36,654 nt of DNA from a virus (Duplodnaviria > Caudoviricetes), in IMG/VR virus record IMGVR_UViG_3300042342_000200, positions 1 to 36,654 of that record. The stretch is one strand, 5' to 3'. The stretch's first letter is position 1. Each line of letters opens with the position of its first letter. The notes under the pieces were generated by a model. It was given only the letters and a program-made list of their open reading frames with translations. It had not been told where the DNA came from and made no database searches. A program made the translations under genes and the position numbers. This document shows, in pieces, positions 24,656 to 34,375 of this stretch.

Positions 24656-25084
24656 ATGGCACTCCCAAACGGCGCAGGCGGTTACCAAGTTGGTGACGGC
24701 AATCTTGGCGAAATTAGTTTCTCCAACACCAGCACTCCAGTTGCTTTGACTGGCGCGGCTGTCACCATCACAGCAGACAATTTGGCTGCTGGTGTGTGTA
24801 CCATGGACTCAGGCGGCACAGACGCTGGAGCCTATGTATTCCCCACAGGCGCATTGCTTGACGCTGCGTTCCCTAGCCTTAAAGTTGGCTCAACATTTGA
24901 CTGCTCTTTCATCAACATTGGTGACAATGCAGCAAACGATGTGGTCTTCACCGCTGGCACGGGCAACACCCTTGTTGGTAACGACACGATCCAAGATTCG
25001 CTGACCAAAACCAGCAACACATCTGGCACGTTCCGTTTCCGCAAAACAGGTGACGCAGCGTACTCAATCTATCGCGTTGCTTAA
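24656..25084 (+). CDS. Putative capsid decoration/cement protein
   Basis: AAGGA RBS; beta-rich, Gly/Thr rich; between coat and a strong terminator. Confidence 0.6.
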   Translation: MALPNGAGGYQVGDGNLGEISFSNTSTPVALTGAAVTITADNLAAGVCTMDSGGTDAGAYVFPTGALLDAAFPSLKVGSTFDCSFINIGDNAANDVVFTAGTGNTLVGNDTIQDSLTKTSNTSGTFRFRKTGDAAYSIYRVA

Positions 25085-25100
25085 TTTTTGAGCAACTGGT

Positions 25101-25124
25101 AAAACGGGGCTTCGGCCCCGTTTT
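25101..25124 (+). terminator. Rho-independent terminator AAAACGGGGC-TTCG-GCCCCGTTTT
   Basis: Perfect 10-bp stem, UUCG loop, bidirectional tails. Confidence 0.85.
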
Positions 25125-25139
25125 CACATGGAGATTTGA

Positions 25140-25388
25140 ATGAACATTGTCCTCGTACACCCTGAGTTTGGTGCCAAAGTTGCTACCAACGAAGCTGAAA
25201 TCGTCAATGATGAAAAAAACGGCTGGACACGGTACAATCCTGACACACCTGTCGAGGTGGCATCTGAGCCGGTAGTCGAAGCGCCAAAACGCAAGTACAC
25301 TCGCAAAGTGACCGATCAACCTGTCGAACAGCCCAACGAAGTCCCATCGTTTTTGACTTCGGCAAGCGACGAATCCGAAGGAAGCTGA
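25140..25388 (+). CDS. Hypothetical protein (82 aa)
   Basis: GGAG RBS. Confidence 0.7.
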   Translation: MNIVLVHPEFGAKVATNEAEIVNDEKNGWTRYNPDTPVEVASEPVVEAPKRKYTRKVTDQPVEQPNEVPSFLTSASDESEGS

Positions 25389-25389
25389 A

Positions 25390-26100
25390 ATGGCATATAC
25401 CGCTGGCGATCAAATTACTCGGGCACTGCGCCTATTGGGCGTTCTTGCCGAAGGTGAAACGGCGTCAGCGGCTACCAGTCAGGATGCCTTGACTGCAATG
25501 AACCAGATGATCGACTCGTGGAACACCGAGCGTCTGTCTGTGTTCTGCACCCAAGATCAGGTATTCAATTGGCCCGTGGGTGAGATCAAGCGCACCCTTG
25601 GCCCCACCGGTGACTTTGTGGGCAACCGCCCAATCCAGCTTGATGATGGCACCTACTTCCGCGCCCCCAGTGGCGTGTCGTACGGCATCAAAATCATCAA
25701 CCAAGACCAGTACAACGGCATTGCTGTCAAGACATCGACATCGACTTTCCCGCAGGTGATCTTCATCAACAACACGTTCCCCAACGTGGAGATGTACATC
25801 TACCCCCGGCCAACGCAGTTGCTGGAGTGGCACTTCATCTCGGTGCAAGAGTTGACGCAGCCTGCCGTACTGGCAACCGAGTTGTTCTTTCCGCCAGGTT
25901 ACATGCGGGCGTTTGCCTACAACTTGGCAATGGAGATCGCACCCGAGTTTGGCGTGGAGCCAAGCCCGCAGGTGCAGCGCATCGCCATGACCAGCAAGCG
26001 CAATCTGAAGCGCATCAACAACCCATACGATGTGATGTCCATGCCCTACGCATTGGTATCTAATCGTCAGCGTTTCAACATCTACGCTGGAAATTACTGA
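25390..26100 (+). CDS. Head-to-tail adaptor (P22 gp4-like)
   Basis: ITRALRLLGV...DALTAMNQMIDSW, YNLAMEIAPEFG; position. Confidence 0.75.
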   Translation: MAYTAGDQITRALRLLGVLAEGETASAATSQDALTAMNQMIDSWNTERLSVFCTQDQVFNWPVGEIKRTLGPTGDFVGNRPIQLDDGTYFRAPSGVSYGIKIINQDQYNGIAVKTSTSTFPQVIFINNTFPNVEMYIYPRPTQLLEWHFISVQELTQPAVLATELFFPPGYMRAFAYNLAMEIAPEFGVEPSPQVQRIAMTSKRNLKRINNPYDVMSMPYALVSNRQRFNIYAGNY

Positions 26101-27539
26101 TGAAGACGCCCATCCTCGGTTCATCCTACGTCACCCGCAGCATCAACGCTGCGGATGCCCGCATGGTCAACCTGTTCCCCGAGGTCATCCCCGAGGGTGG
26201 ACTAGAGCCTGCGTTTCTGAACCGTGCGCCAGGGCTGCGCCTGCTGGCGTCAATCGGCAACGGTCCAATCCGTGGCCTGTGGGATTTTGCGCCTGACAGC
26301 AGCACCGCCTTTGTTGTGTCGGGCAACCAGTTCTTCAAAATCACCAACAGTTACGTTCCCACGTTGCTGGGCACCGTGGCGGGCACTGGCCCCGTGAGCA
26401 TCGCTGACAACGGAACCCAAGTGTTCATTGCAGCCAACGGGCCAAGCTACATCTACAACAACACGACCAACGTGTTCCAGCAGATCACCGACCCTGACTT
26501 TCCCGGCGCAGTGAGCGTGGGCTATCTGGACGGCTACTTTGTGTTCAACGAGCCAAACAGCCAGCGCCTTTGGATCACCAGCCTGCTGGACGGCCTGTCC
26601 GTGGACCCGCTGGATTTTGTAAGCGCCGAGGGTGCGCCTGACGACATAACCGCCTTGATCGTTGACCACCGCGAAGTGTGGGTGCTGGGCACCAACTCGG
26701 TCGAGGTTTGGTACAACGCCGGGACAGCAGACTTTCCGTTGCAGCGCATCCAAGGCGCTTTTAACGAGATTGGCTGCATCTCCCCCTACTCGCTTGCCAA
26801 ACTCGACAACGGCGTGTTCTGGCTGGGTTCTGACGCCCGTGGCAAGGGCATCGTCTACCGGGCCAACGGCTACACGGGCACCCGCATCTCGACACACGCT
26901 GTCGAGTGGCAAATCCAACAGTACAACGACATCACTGACGCCTTTGGGTACACGTACCAGCAAGACGGGCACGCCTTTTACGTCCTGATCTTCCCATCGG
27001 CCAACACCACATGGGTGTATGACGTGGCAACGCAGGCATGGCACGAGAGGGCTGGTTTTGAAAATGGGCAGTTCACCCGTCACCGCAGCAACTGCCAGAT
27101 GGCATTTAACAACGAGATCGTTGTCGGTGACTTCCAGACTGGCAACATCTACGCCTTTGATCTTGAGGATTACTCGGACAACGGCCAGATTCAAAAGTGG
27201 TATCGCACATGGCGGGCACTGCCCACGGGCCAGAACAACTTCAAGCGCACTGCGCAGCACAGCCTTCAACTCAACTGTGAGGCCGGTGTTGGCCTGAACA
27301 CTGGGCAGGGCAGCGACCCCCAGGTCATGCTGCGCTGGAGCGATGACGGTGGACACACATGGTCCAACGAGCACTGGACATCTTTGGGGCCAATCGGTGC
27401 CTATGGACGCCGTACATTTTGGAGGCGCTTGGGCATGACGCTCAAACTGCGTGACCGGGTGTACGAGTTGTCAGGCACCGACCCTGTGAAGATTGCCATC
27501 ATGGGCGCTGAACTTATTCTCAGTCCGACTGCATCGTAA
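26100..27539 (+). CDS. Tail hub/packaged-DNA stabilisation protein (P22 gp10-like)
   Basis: 479 aa beta-propeller-like; SVGYLDGYFV, YQQDGHAFY, LRWSDDGGHTWS. Confidence 0.88.
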   Translation: MKTPILGSSYVTRSINAADARMVNLFPEVIPEGGLEPAFLNRAPGLRLLASIGNGPIRGLWDFAPDSSTAFVVSGNQFFKITNSYVPTLLGTVAGTGPVSIADNGTQVFIAANGPSYIYNNTTNVFQQITDPDFPGAVSVGYLDGYFVFNEPNSQRLWITSLLDGLSVDPLDFVSAEGAPDDITALIVDHREVWVLGTNSVEVWYNAGTADFPLQRIQGAFNEIGCISPYSLAKLDNGVFWLGSDARGKGIVYRANGYTGTRISTHAVEWQIQQYNDITDAFGYTYQQDGHAFYVLIFPSANTTWVYDVATQAWHERAGFENGQFTRHRSNCQMAFNNEIVVGDFQTGNIYAFDLEDYSDNGQIQKWYRTWRALPTGQNNFKRTAQHSLQLNCEAGVGLNTGQGSDPQVMLRWSDDGGHTWSNEHWTSLGPIGAYGRRTFWRRLGMTLKLRDRVYELSGTDPVKIAIMGAELILSPTAS

Positions 27540-28450
27540 TGGCAACCGCGCAACTGACCAACATCACGCCTCCTCGGGTTCCTTTGCTGGACCCGAAGAC
27601 TGGCCTTGTTTCGCGTGAGTGGTATCGCTTTTTCTTGAGCCTGTTTGTGCTGACCGGCAGCGGCCAGAACACCGCATCGCTGACCGACTTGCAAGTGGGG
27701 CCACCCATGCCCACCCAAGAAGACTTTGGCGAGATCGTCATCAGTATTGATTCGCTCAAGACACAGCCAAGTCAGGAAAGCGCACTTGACCAAATCGCCG
27801 AGTTGCAGAAACAGATCGACGGGTTGCAAAAGCAGATTGAGTGTCCTTGCACCGAACTGACAGCCGAGTTGCAAAAGCAAATCGAGGGGTTGCAAAAGCA
27901 GATCGAAAGCCCTTGCACTGAACTGACAGCCGAGTTGCAGAAACAGATTGAGGGTCTTCAAATGACCCCAGCCCCTCGTGAGTTTGAGCGTTCGCGGTAC
28001 GGCTCGTTCTACGACACCACGACTCAGACTGCAACAACGATCAACACGGCCCAAGCGATTACGTTCAACACTACGGACTTGAGTCGAGGTGTGTATCTTG
28101 GCACCCCGACATCAAGGGTGTACGTGGACACACCGGGCATTTACAACTTCGACACTTCGTTCCAACTGGACAAGACCACAGGCGGCGTGGCCGAGTTCTA
28201 CTTCTGGTTTCGACTCAACGGCACAGACGTGCCCGACAGCGCCAGCCAGATCAGGATTCAGGGCAATGACGCTGAGATATTTTCGTCACTCAACTACTTT
28301 TTTGACCTCAACGCTGGCGACTACGTTGAGATGATGTTTTCAACGACCAGCCTGAGTGTTGAACTTCTTTCCGTGCCTGCGACTGCACCTGTCCCCGGCA
28401 TACCGTCTATCATTCTCACAGTTTCAAACAATATTGGGGGTATCCAATGA
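27539..28450 (+). CDS. Putative tail needle (gp26 position): coiled coil plus TNF/C1q-like knob
   Basis: Heptad repeats LQKQIEG; C-terminal YGSFY...ITFNT...GIYNF beta-sandwich; follows the gp10-like gene. Confidence 0.6.
   Translation: MATAQLTNITPPRVPLLDPKTGLVSREWYRFFLSLFVLTGSGQNTASLTDLQVGPPMPTQEDFGEIVISIDSLKTQPSQESALDQIAELQKQIDGLQKQIECPCTELTAELQKQIEGLQKQIESPCTELTAELQKQIEGLQMTPAPREFERSRYGSFYDTTTQTATTINTAQAITFNTTDLSRGVYLGTPTSRVYVDTPGIYNFDTSFQLDKTTGGVAEFYFWFRLNGTDVPDSASQIRIQGNDAEIFSSLNYFFDLNAGDYVEMMFSTTSLSVELLSVPATAPVPGIPSIILTVSNNIGGIQ
27797..27961 (+). repeat. 66-bp tandem repeat x2.5 encoding AELQKQI(D/E)GLQKQIE(C/S)PCTELT
   Basis: Units start at 27797, 27863 and 27929. Confidence 0.9.
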
Positions 28451-28782
28451 CAGTCACCGTCAAAAACCTTGTGCCATCAAAAGATGTTGCAAACAGCCAG
28501 ACAACCCAGTACACCGCAACCGGCGTGACCACGATCATCGACAAGTTCACTGCGACCAATTACAGCGCCAGTGCTGCCACGATCTCGGTCAACTTGGTCA
28601 CTGTGTCGTTTTCCGCTGGCAACAGCAACCTGATCACCAAGACCAAGACGCTTCAGCCGTCCGAGGTCTACACGTTCCCCGAGTTGGTCGGACAGGTTTT
28701 GAACCCTGGCGACTTCATCAGTACAATTGCTGGAACCGCCACCGCCATCAACATGCGGGTTTCTGGCCGCGAAGTGACCTAA
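28447..28782 (+). CDS. Putative virion protein (111 aa, beta-rich)
   Basis: ATGA coupling; GGGGG RBS. Confidence 0.7.
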   Translation: MTVTVKNLVPSKDVANSQTTQYTATGVTTIIDKFTATNYSASAATISVNLVTVSFSAGNSNLITKTKTLQPSEVYTFPELVGQVLNPGDFISTIAGTATAINMRVSGREVT

Positions 28783-28792
28783 GGGGAATAGC

Positions 28793-29965
28793 ATGGGCTT
28801 TTTCAGTAAAATTTTTGATGATGTTCTTGGCCTTGACCCAGGCGGTGGCGGCATATACAACGTAGCTCGAGATGTGCTGGGAGACAAGATTGCCGATGAC
28901 GTTTTAGGCATGGACCCTGGCGGTGGCGGGTTTATTAAGGAATACAACGTACTCCTCCCCATGATTGCAGGTTATTACGGCTTAGAAGCTCTTGGTGGGA
29001 CTGAAGGTATTGCCAATATGTTTGGCTCCGGCTCCGGTGCTGCGGGCACAACTTTTACCGAAGCCCAACTTGCAGCAGCAAGCGCCAGTGCCGACCCAAT
29101 TGCGTACCTTGCATCCGCAACGCCCGGTGCGGCAGTTGGTGCTGGTGAAGCCTTGGCCGCTGGCACATTGTCGGGTGGCGGCGGCGCTGCTGGCGGCGCG
29201 GGTGCTGCGGGTGCCGGTACATATTCAGGTTCAATTATGAATACGCTGAGTAAATACGCAACCCCGATTTCGATGGGTGTAAACGCGCTGACAGGTGCGT
29301 ATGCTTCAAACAAGGCTGCTGGCGTGCAGTCTGATGCTGCGAGATACGCTGCGGATTTGCAAAATCAGCAGTTTGAACGCCAACTTCAATTGCAAGCCCC
29401 GTTCCGCGAGGCTGGCGTGCGTGCGTTGCCAGAACTTGAGGCAGCGTCTAGGTATACGCCATTTGGCATGGAGCAGTTTCAAGCTGACCCCGGCTATGCC
29501 TTCCGCATGTCCGAAGGTATGAAGGGTTTGGAGCGATCTGCTGCGGCCCGTGGTGGTCTGCTGTCGGGCGCAACACTCAAAGGCATTCAACGCTTCGGGC
29601 AAGACCTTGGATCGCAAGAATACACGAACGCTTTCAACCGTTACCAAACTGAACGCAACGCGCGTTTAAATCCGTTGCAATCACTGGCTGGTATTGGTCA
29701 AACGTCAACTACTCAGTTGGGCGCAGCCGGTCAAACAATGGCAAGTAATGTGGGGCAAGCAATGGGCGCTTCAGCGCAGGCTCGCGCATCTGGTTACATG
29801 GGCGGGGCCAACGCACTAAGCGGCGCGTTGGGTCAGTACATGAACTACAACCAACAGCAACAGCAGAACGAAATGTTCAATCGTCTCTTATCTCAACGCG
29901 ATGGCGGCATGGGATATACGTCCGAAGAAGGTTTTACCAACACACCTTCCTACATGGTTCGCTAA
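28793..29965 (+). CDS. DNA ejection (pilot) protein, gp7-like
   Basis: Gly/Ala rich; DPGYAFR..EG...SAAARGGLLSGATLK motif; position. Confidence 0.75.
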   Translation: MGFFSKIFDDVLGLDPGGGGIYNVARDVLGDKIADDVLGMDPGGGGFIKEYNVLLPMIAGYYGLEALGGTEGIANMFGSGSGAAGTTFTEAQLAAASASADPIAYLASATPGAAVGAGEALAAGTLSGGGGAAGGAGAAGAGTYSGSIMNTLSKYATPISMGVNALTGAYASNKAAGVQSDAARYAADLQNQQFERQLQLQAPFREAGVRALPELEAASRYTPFGMEQFQADPGYAFRMSEGMKGLERSAAARGGLLSGATLKGIQRFGQDLGSQEYTNAFNRYQTERNARLNPLQSLAGIGQTSTTQLGAAGQTMASNVGQAMGASAQARASGYMGGANALSGALGQYMNYNQQQQQNEMFNRLLSQRDGGMGYTSEEGFTNTPSYMVR

Positions 29966-29974
29966 GGATTAATC

Positions 29975-31582
29975 ATGGCACTTGTTAACCCCGACATCGC
30001 AATGAGTTTTCGCCAGTCCGAGTTCAAGCCTCGGAACGCAATGGCTGAGTATGCGCAAATGCAGCAAATCCAAAGCGGTCAGCAGGCGCAAGAGCTTGCG
30101 CGGTTCCAGCTTGGCGCAGCAAAACGTGCTGAAAGTGTGCAGAACGCACTGACAGACGCCTACGCTTCTTCGCTTAATGAAAAAGGTGAAGTTGATTACA
30201 ACAAACTGATCCCCTCGCTTGCACAACGTGGTGGTGGCTCGCAAATTCCTAGCATCTTAAAAACTAGAGCTGAAACAGAAGCAGCTAAATTGGCGCAAAC
30301 AAAAACCCAAAGCGAGATTGACAAAAATACATTTGACCTGCAAGACAAAAGATTAAAGGCTGCGTGGGATGTTATAGGTTCTTCAACGTCGCCTCAGAAA
30401 GCAATTGCTGAATTTAATAAGGGCGTTAAAAGCGGAGTGTTTAAAGTTGAGGAAGTTGCTGAAGACCTTCAATTGCTGGCGTCTATGACTAAACCTGAAG
30501 AATTTAAAGCATATTTAAACGATGCAATTGCAAAAACTTTAGATGCTAAAGGCAAACTTGAGCAACGTGCGGTCACCACTAAAGACACAGATCGAGGAGG
30601 CTACATTGAGCGCCAAACTTACAATGCGCAAGGCGTCCCCATTGGCAAGCCAACCAGATTAGACAAAACGGCAACCATCGGCGAAACCACTGCGCAAAAA
30701 CAACTGGGCGTGTCCCAGGGACAACTTTCTTTGGCGCAGCAGAAATTTGCGTTTGAAAGGGCCAATCCCGGTTTTGAATTGCAACAAACTGAAGATGGTT
30801 CATTTGTCGGCATCAACAAACGCACATTGCAGGCAATTCCTGTCACGATGGGTGGTGCTACTCCAACAGCACCTGCGGCTGCTCCAACAGCACCGGGTGC
30901 CGGTATGCCCGGTCCACGGATGCCAGCACCATCAACGCAAGTTATTCCCGGTATGACCAGTGTGCTGGATCAACCAGCACCTGTTGCCCCTGTTGCTCCC
31001 GGTTCTCCTGTTGCTCCCGGTTCTCCTGTAAAGGGTGCACCCAAGAACAAAGACATTTCCGTGTCTGAACAACAAGCCTCGTACAACATTGCGCGTGTGC
31101 TCAATGCTGCCGACGAAATCGGTAAGATTACAAAGAAAGACCCGAAGGCATTGGCTCCCGGTGCCATTGAAGCGGCGTTCAAATCAAGTGGACTTGAGGG
31201 TGCGGCCAACGTGGCTCGAAGCACAAATCGTCAAATCGTTAACGGCGCTCAACGTGATGCTTTGGATGCGCTGTTGTACTTAGCAACCGGTGCTGCGTAC
31301 AACAAGGAGCAGTTGCAGGGCGCATTTGAAGCGTACATTCCATCGTACACTGACGACACGGGCACCCGTGAAGCCAAGCAAGCCCGCATGACCAGTTTGA
31401 TTCAAGACGCAAAAATTCGCGCAGGTAAGGCGTGGACGCCTAAAATGGATGCGGCGATGACTTCTCTTACTGGCTCAACTGGGCCTGCTGCTGCGGCTAA
31501 CATTCCGGCACCTAAGGGTGTTGATTCTTCGCTTTGGAACGTGATGACACCCGAGGAGCGGAAACTATGGCAGCCGAAATGA
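29975..31582 (+). CDS. DNA ejection protein 2 (gp20 position)
   Basis: Gln/Ala-rich helical protein with Pro-rich linker; AAGGA RBS. Confidence 0.65.
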   Translation: MALVNPDIAMSFRQSEFKPRNAMAEYAQMQQIQSGQQAQELARFQLGAAKRAESVQNALTDAYASSLNEKGEVDYNKLIPSLAQRGGGSQIPSILKTRAETEAAKLAQTKTQSEIDKNTFDLQDKRLKAAWDVIGSSTSPQKAIAEFNKGVKSGVFKVEEVAEDLQLLASMTKPEEFKAYLNDAIAKTLDAKGKLEQRAVTTKDTDRGGYIERQTYNAQGVPIGKPTRLDKTATIGETTAQKQLGVSQGQLSLAQQKFAFERANPGFELQQTEDGSFVGINKRTLQAIPVTMGGATPTAPAAAPTAPGAGMPGPRMPAPSTQVIPGMTSVLDQPAPVAPVAPGSPVAPGSPVKGAPKNKDISVSEQQASYNIARVLNAADEIGKITKKDPKALAPGAIEAAFKSSGLEGAANVARSTNRQIVNGAQRDALDALLYLATGAAYNKEQLQGAFEAYIPSYTDDTGTREAKQARMTSLIQDAKIRAGKAWTPKMDAAMTSLTGSTGPAAAANIPAPKGVDSSLWNVMTPEERKLWQPK

Positions 31583-33147
31583 CCCTTGAGCAACAGCGAG
31601 CATTGGCGATGGCAAGCGCACGATTGCGCTTGCAGCAATCGAGTGGTGGTGGACTTGCTAGTCAAATCCCCGGCTCTGATGTTCAAGCACCTGCGTCCAC
31701 CGCTGCACCGGAACGCCCCGAGTCGGGTTTCTCTGGTAAATTGATGGCTCCGCTGGAAACGGCTGTCACACTGGGAACCAGCGCAATCACAGCCCCTATC
31801 GTAGAGGGTGCAAAGATATACGGGGCGTTGACCAGCGGCCAATTTGGTACACAGCAAGGCATTAAAGCTGGTGAGCAAACTGGTCGCAGAGTGCAGCAAT
31901 TCTTTCAACCGCAGGTCAGCCCTGAGTCTGAGCGACAGACTGCCGCCATTTCAAACGCGCTTGCTAAAACCGGTCTGCAAGGTGTGCCGCTGAACATGAT
32001 GGGCAACATGGCAACGCTTGCCAAACCTGCTGTGCAGCAAATGGCACCCGTTATCAAAGCGCCACTTGATGCTCGTAGACAACGTGCCCAAGAAGCGCGT
32101 GTTGCTGAAAGCTACAAGGCTGCACCTCAAATTGAAGCTGCGCAAGCTGGGCAGCGACTTGGTGTCGCTTTAAACCCTGCTGAATCCAACCCGACTGTTG
32201 CCAATAAGCTGAAATCTGTAATAGGTGGAACAGCCGACATCGACACTCGATTGTCTAAGTTCAACTTGGAAAAAATTACAGAACAAGTGCGAAATGACTT
32301 GGGTGTTGCAGTCACTGACAGATTGGATGACGCTGCAATCAATCGCGCTCTTGACCAAGCTAGTGCGCCATACGATCCAATCCGTGCAATGCCTGTACTG
32401 CAAGCCAGTGACGATGTTGTATCGTCAATTTTGGCACTTGACAAGCCTGCAACATTGGGTGGAAAAGCACAAGCCTCTGCTGCTCGTGCGTTGATTGATG
32501 ATGTTGTAACAGAACTTCAAACGGGTCGCAGTGGTGCTCAAGTTCTTGACGATATTCGTCAATTGCGCCGAACTGCTCAAAGTGTGTACAAGGCCCGCGA
32601 CAAGGGTAACAACCCGCCGCCAGCGGAAGTGGCGCGGGCAGATGCACAAATGGGTATTGCAAGTGCGCTTGAAAAAATGATTGACGAAAATGCGCCTGAC
32701 CCGCAAACATTGGCAAATTTTCGCCAAGCGCGTCAACGCATGGCTCAAATCTACGATCACGAGCGGGCAATTAACTACGCAACCGAAACCATAGACCCTG
32801 CCGTGTATGCCAAACTACTAAATGAACGCAAAGGTAACATGACTGGGGTTGGCGCTGACATTGGTAAAGTAGCTGCAAACTTCCCCAAAGTCGTAAGCAC
32901 CAGCGCGATTACCGATCTCAACCCTCGACTGACGCGATCCGGTGTTGGCGGTACTCTGGGTTTTATTGTAGGTGGTGTTCCCGGTGCAGCATTGGGTACG
33001 GTAGCTGGTTACACGGCCAGTGCAGCGCAGACCAAGCGAATGATGTCGCCAGCGTATCAGCGTCGAAATGCAATGCCTGCTGACTATCGACCAACTCCTA
33101 ATACATTGGCTAATGAACCAGTCAACCAAAACGCCCTTGCACGTTAA
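31567..33147 (+). CDS. DNA ejection protein 3 (gp16 position)
   Basis: GAGGAG RBS before ATG 31567; Ala-rich with C-terminal Gly-rich hydrophobic hairpin. Confidence 0.65.
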   Translation: MAAEMTLEQQRALAMASARLRLQQSSGGGLASQIPGSDVQAPASTAAPERPESGFSGKLMAPLETAVTLGTSAITAPIVEGAKIYGALTSGQFGTQQGIKAGEQTGRRVQQFFQPQVSPESERQTAAISNALAKTGLQGVPLNMMGNMATLAKPAVQQMAPVIKAPLDARRQRAQEARVAESYKAAPQIEAAQAGQRLGVALNPAESNPTVANKLKSVIGGTADIDTRLSKFNLEKITEQVRNDLGVAVTDRLDDAAINRALDQASAPYDPIRAMPVLQASDDVVSSILALDKPATLGGKAQASAARALIDDVVTELQTGRSGAQVLDDIRQLRRTAQSVYKARDKGNNPPPAEVARADAQMGIASALEKMIDENAPDPQTLANFRQARQRMAQIYDHERAINYATETIDPAVYAKLLNERKGNMTGVGADIGKVAANFPKVVSTSAITDLNPRLTRSGVGGTLGFIVGGVPGAALGTVAGYTASAAQTKRMMSPAYQRRNAMPADYRPTPNTLANEPVNQNALAR

Positions 33148-33179
33148 TACAAATTAGTTAAAATACGGAACCTTTCATC

Positions 33180-33422
33180 ATGGATGCAGTTATGGCCAAT
33201 GAGATCGACCCAGTGAAGTATGGAGTGCTTTGGGAGCGTGTGCAGAACTACGAGCGCCGGTTTGACGAGATGTCCAACAAGATGGACAAAATGGAGTCCA
33301 ACGTTGAGAAGCTGGTGGCCCTTGCAAACCAAGGCCGTGGTGGATTCTGGGCTGGAATGGCTTTTGTTTCGATCATTTCCAGCGGGGTAGGGTTTGCCCT
33401 AAGTTGGATCAAGGGGCACTAA
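33180..33422 (+). CDS. Coiled-coil protein with C-terminal transmembrane helix (holin/antiholin-like)
   Basis: Heptads followed by GGFWAGMAFVSIISSGVGFALSW. Confidence 0.6.
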   Translation: MDAVMANEIDPVKYGVLWERVQNYERRFDEMSNKMDKMESNVEKLVALANQGRGGFWAGMAFVSIISSGVGFALSWIKGH

Positions 33423-33425
33423 GTT

Positions 33426-33881
33426 ATGGTTGACCTTACCAAAGCCATCGGAGCAGTTGCCGCAAGCGTTGCCGCGCTAGGCGGCAGCTACACGCTGGCC
33501 GACAAGTTTGGTTGGCTTGACAGGGCCATTATTGAGTGGTCGCCTGAGAACTTCAAGATCACGGCAGAAGCCGGTAAGCCTATCAACGTCACTGTTGCGC
33601 GGATCAAAAAGCGTGACGACTGCTCTGTCGAGAGTTTTACACCAAGCATTCGTGATGCGGCAGGCATGGTGCATGAAGCAACCACCACCGCAAGCAAGTT
33701 TAGTGGTCCAGCAGGCCCAGAGATTGACACCTTCACGTACCAACTTACGATGGTGCAAAAAGAAAAGATCGCTGATGGCAAAGCCACTTTGCTGGCGACG
33801 ATTAAATACAAATGCCCAGAGGGCGAGCGAGTGGTTCAGTACCCGCGCCACCCTAATTTGAGTTTTGACCTAAAGGGGTAA
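33426..33881 (+). CDS. Membrane-anchored protein in the lysis module
   Basis: N-terminal hydrophobic segment, beta-rich domain with two Cys. Confidence 0.65.
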   Translation: MVDLTKAIGAVAASVAALGGSYTLADKFGWLDRAIIEWSPENFKITAEAGKPINVTVARIKKRDDCSVESFTPSIRDAAGMVHEATTTASKFSGPAGPEIDTFTYQLTMVQKEKIADGKATLLATIKYKCPEGERVVQYPRHPNLSFDLKG

Positions 33882-33883
33882 GC

Positions 33884-34375
33884 ATGGACTGGCTCAAACA
33901 AATCGCACCGACGATTGCCACGGCGCTTGGTGGCCCACTGGCAGGCATGGCTGTCTCGGCCATCTCCAAGGCCATTGGGGTTGACCCTGACAAGGTGGGA
34001 GACATGATCTCCAACAACAAGCTGTCAGCCGAGCAGATCGCGCAAGTCAAGATTGCTGAGATCGAGTTGCAAAAGCAGGCACAGGAACTGGGTCTAAACT
34101 TTGAAAAGCTGGAGGTCGAGGACCGCAAGTCAGCACGGGACATGCAGGCCACCACTCGCAGTTTGATGCCACCCATCTTGGCTGGCGCGGTCACCATCGG
34201 CTTCTTCGGCATTATGGTAATGATGTTCTTCAACCAGATCGACAGTAGCAACCCGGCCATCTTGATGATGTTGGGCAGCTTGGGTACTGCGTGGACGGGC
34301 ATCATTGCCTACTACTTCGGCTCGTCTGCTGGCTCCCAGGCCAAGACTGACATTCTCTCAAGAACAGCAAAATGA
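33884..34375 (+). CDS. Holin-like protein (3TM/GTA-holin-like)
   Basis: IAPTIATALGGPLAG, DRKSARDMQ, two TM helices, YYFGSS. Confidence 0.7.
   Translation: MDWLKQIAPTIATALGGPLAGMAVSAISKAIGVDPDKVGDMISNNKLSAEQIAQVKIAEIELQKQAQELGLNFEKLEVEDRKSARDMQATTRSLMPPILAGAVTIGFFGIMVMMFFNQIDSSNPAILMMLGSLGTAWTGIIAYYFGSSAGSQAKTDILSRTAK

Noticed and set aside
24560-24660. Programmed frameshift extending the coat protein
   Set aside because: No slippery heptamer before the stop; the following hairpin is explained as a terminator and the next gene has its own RBS
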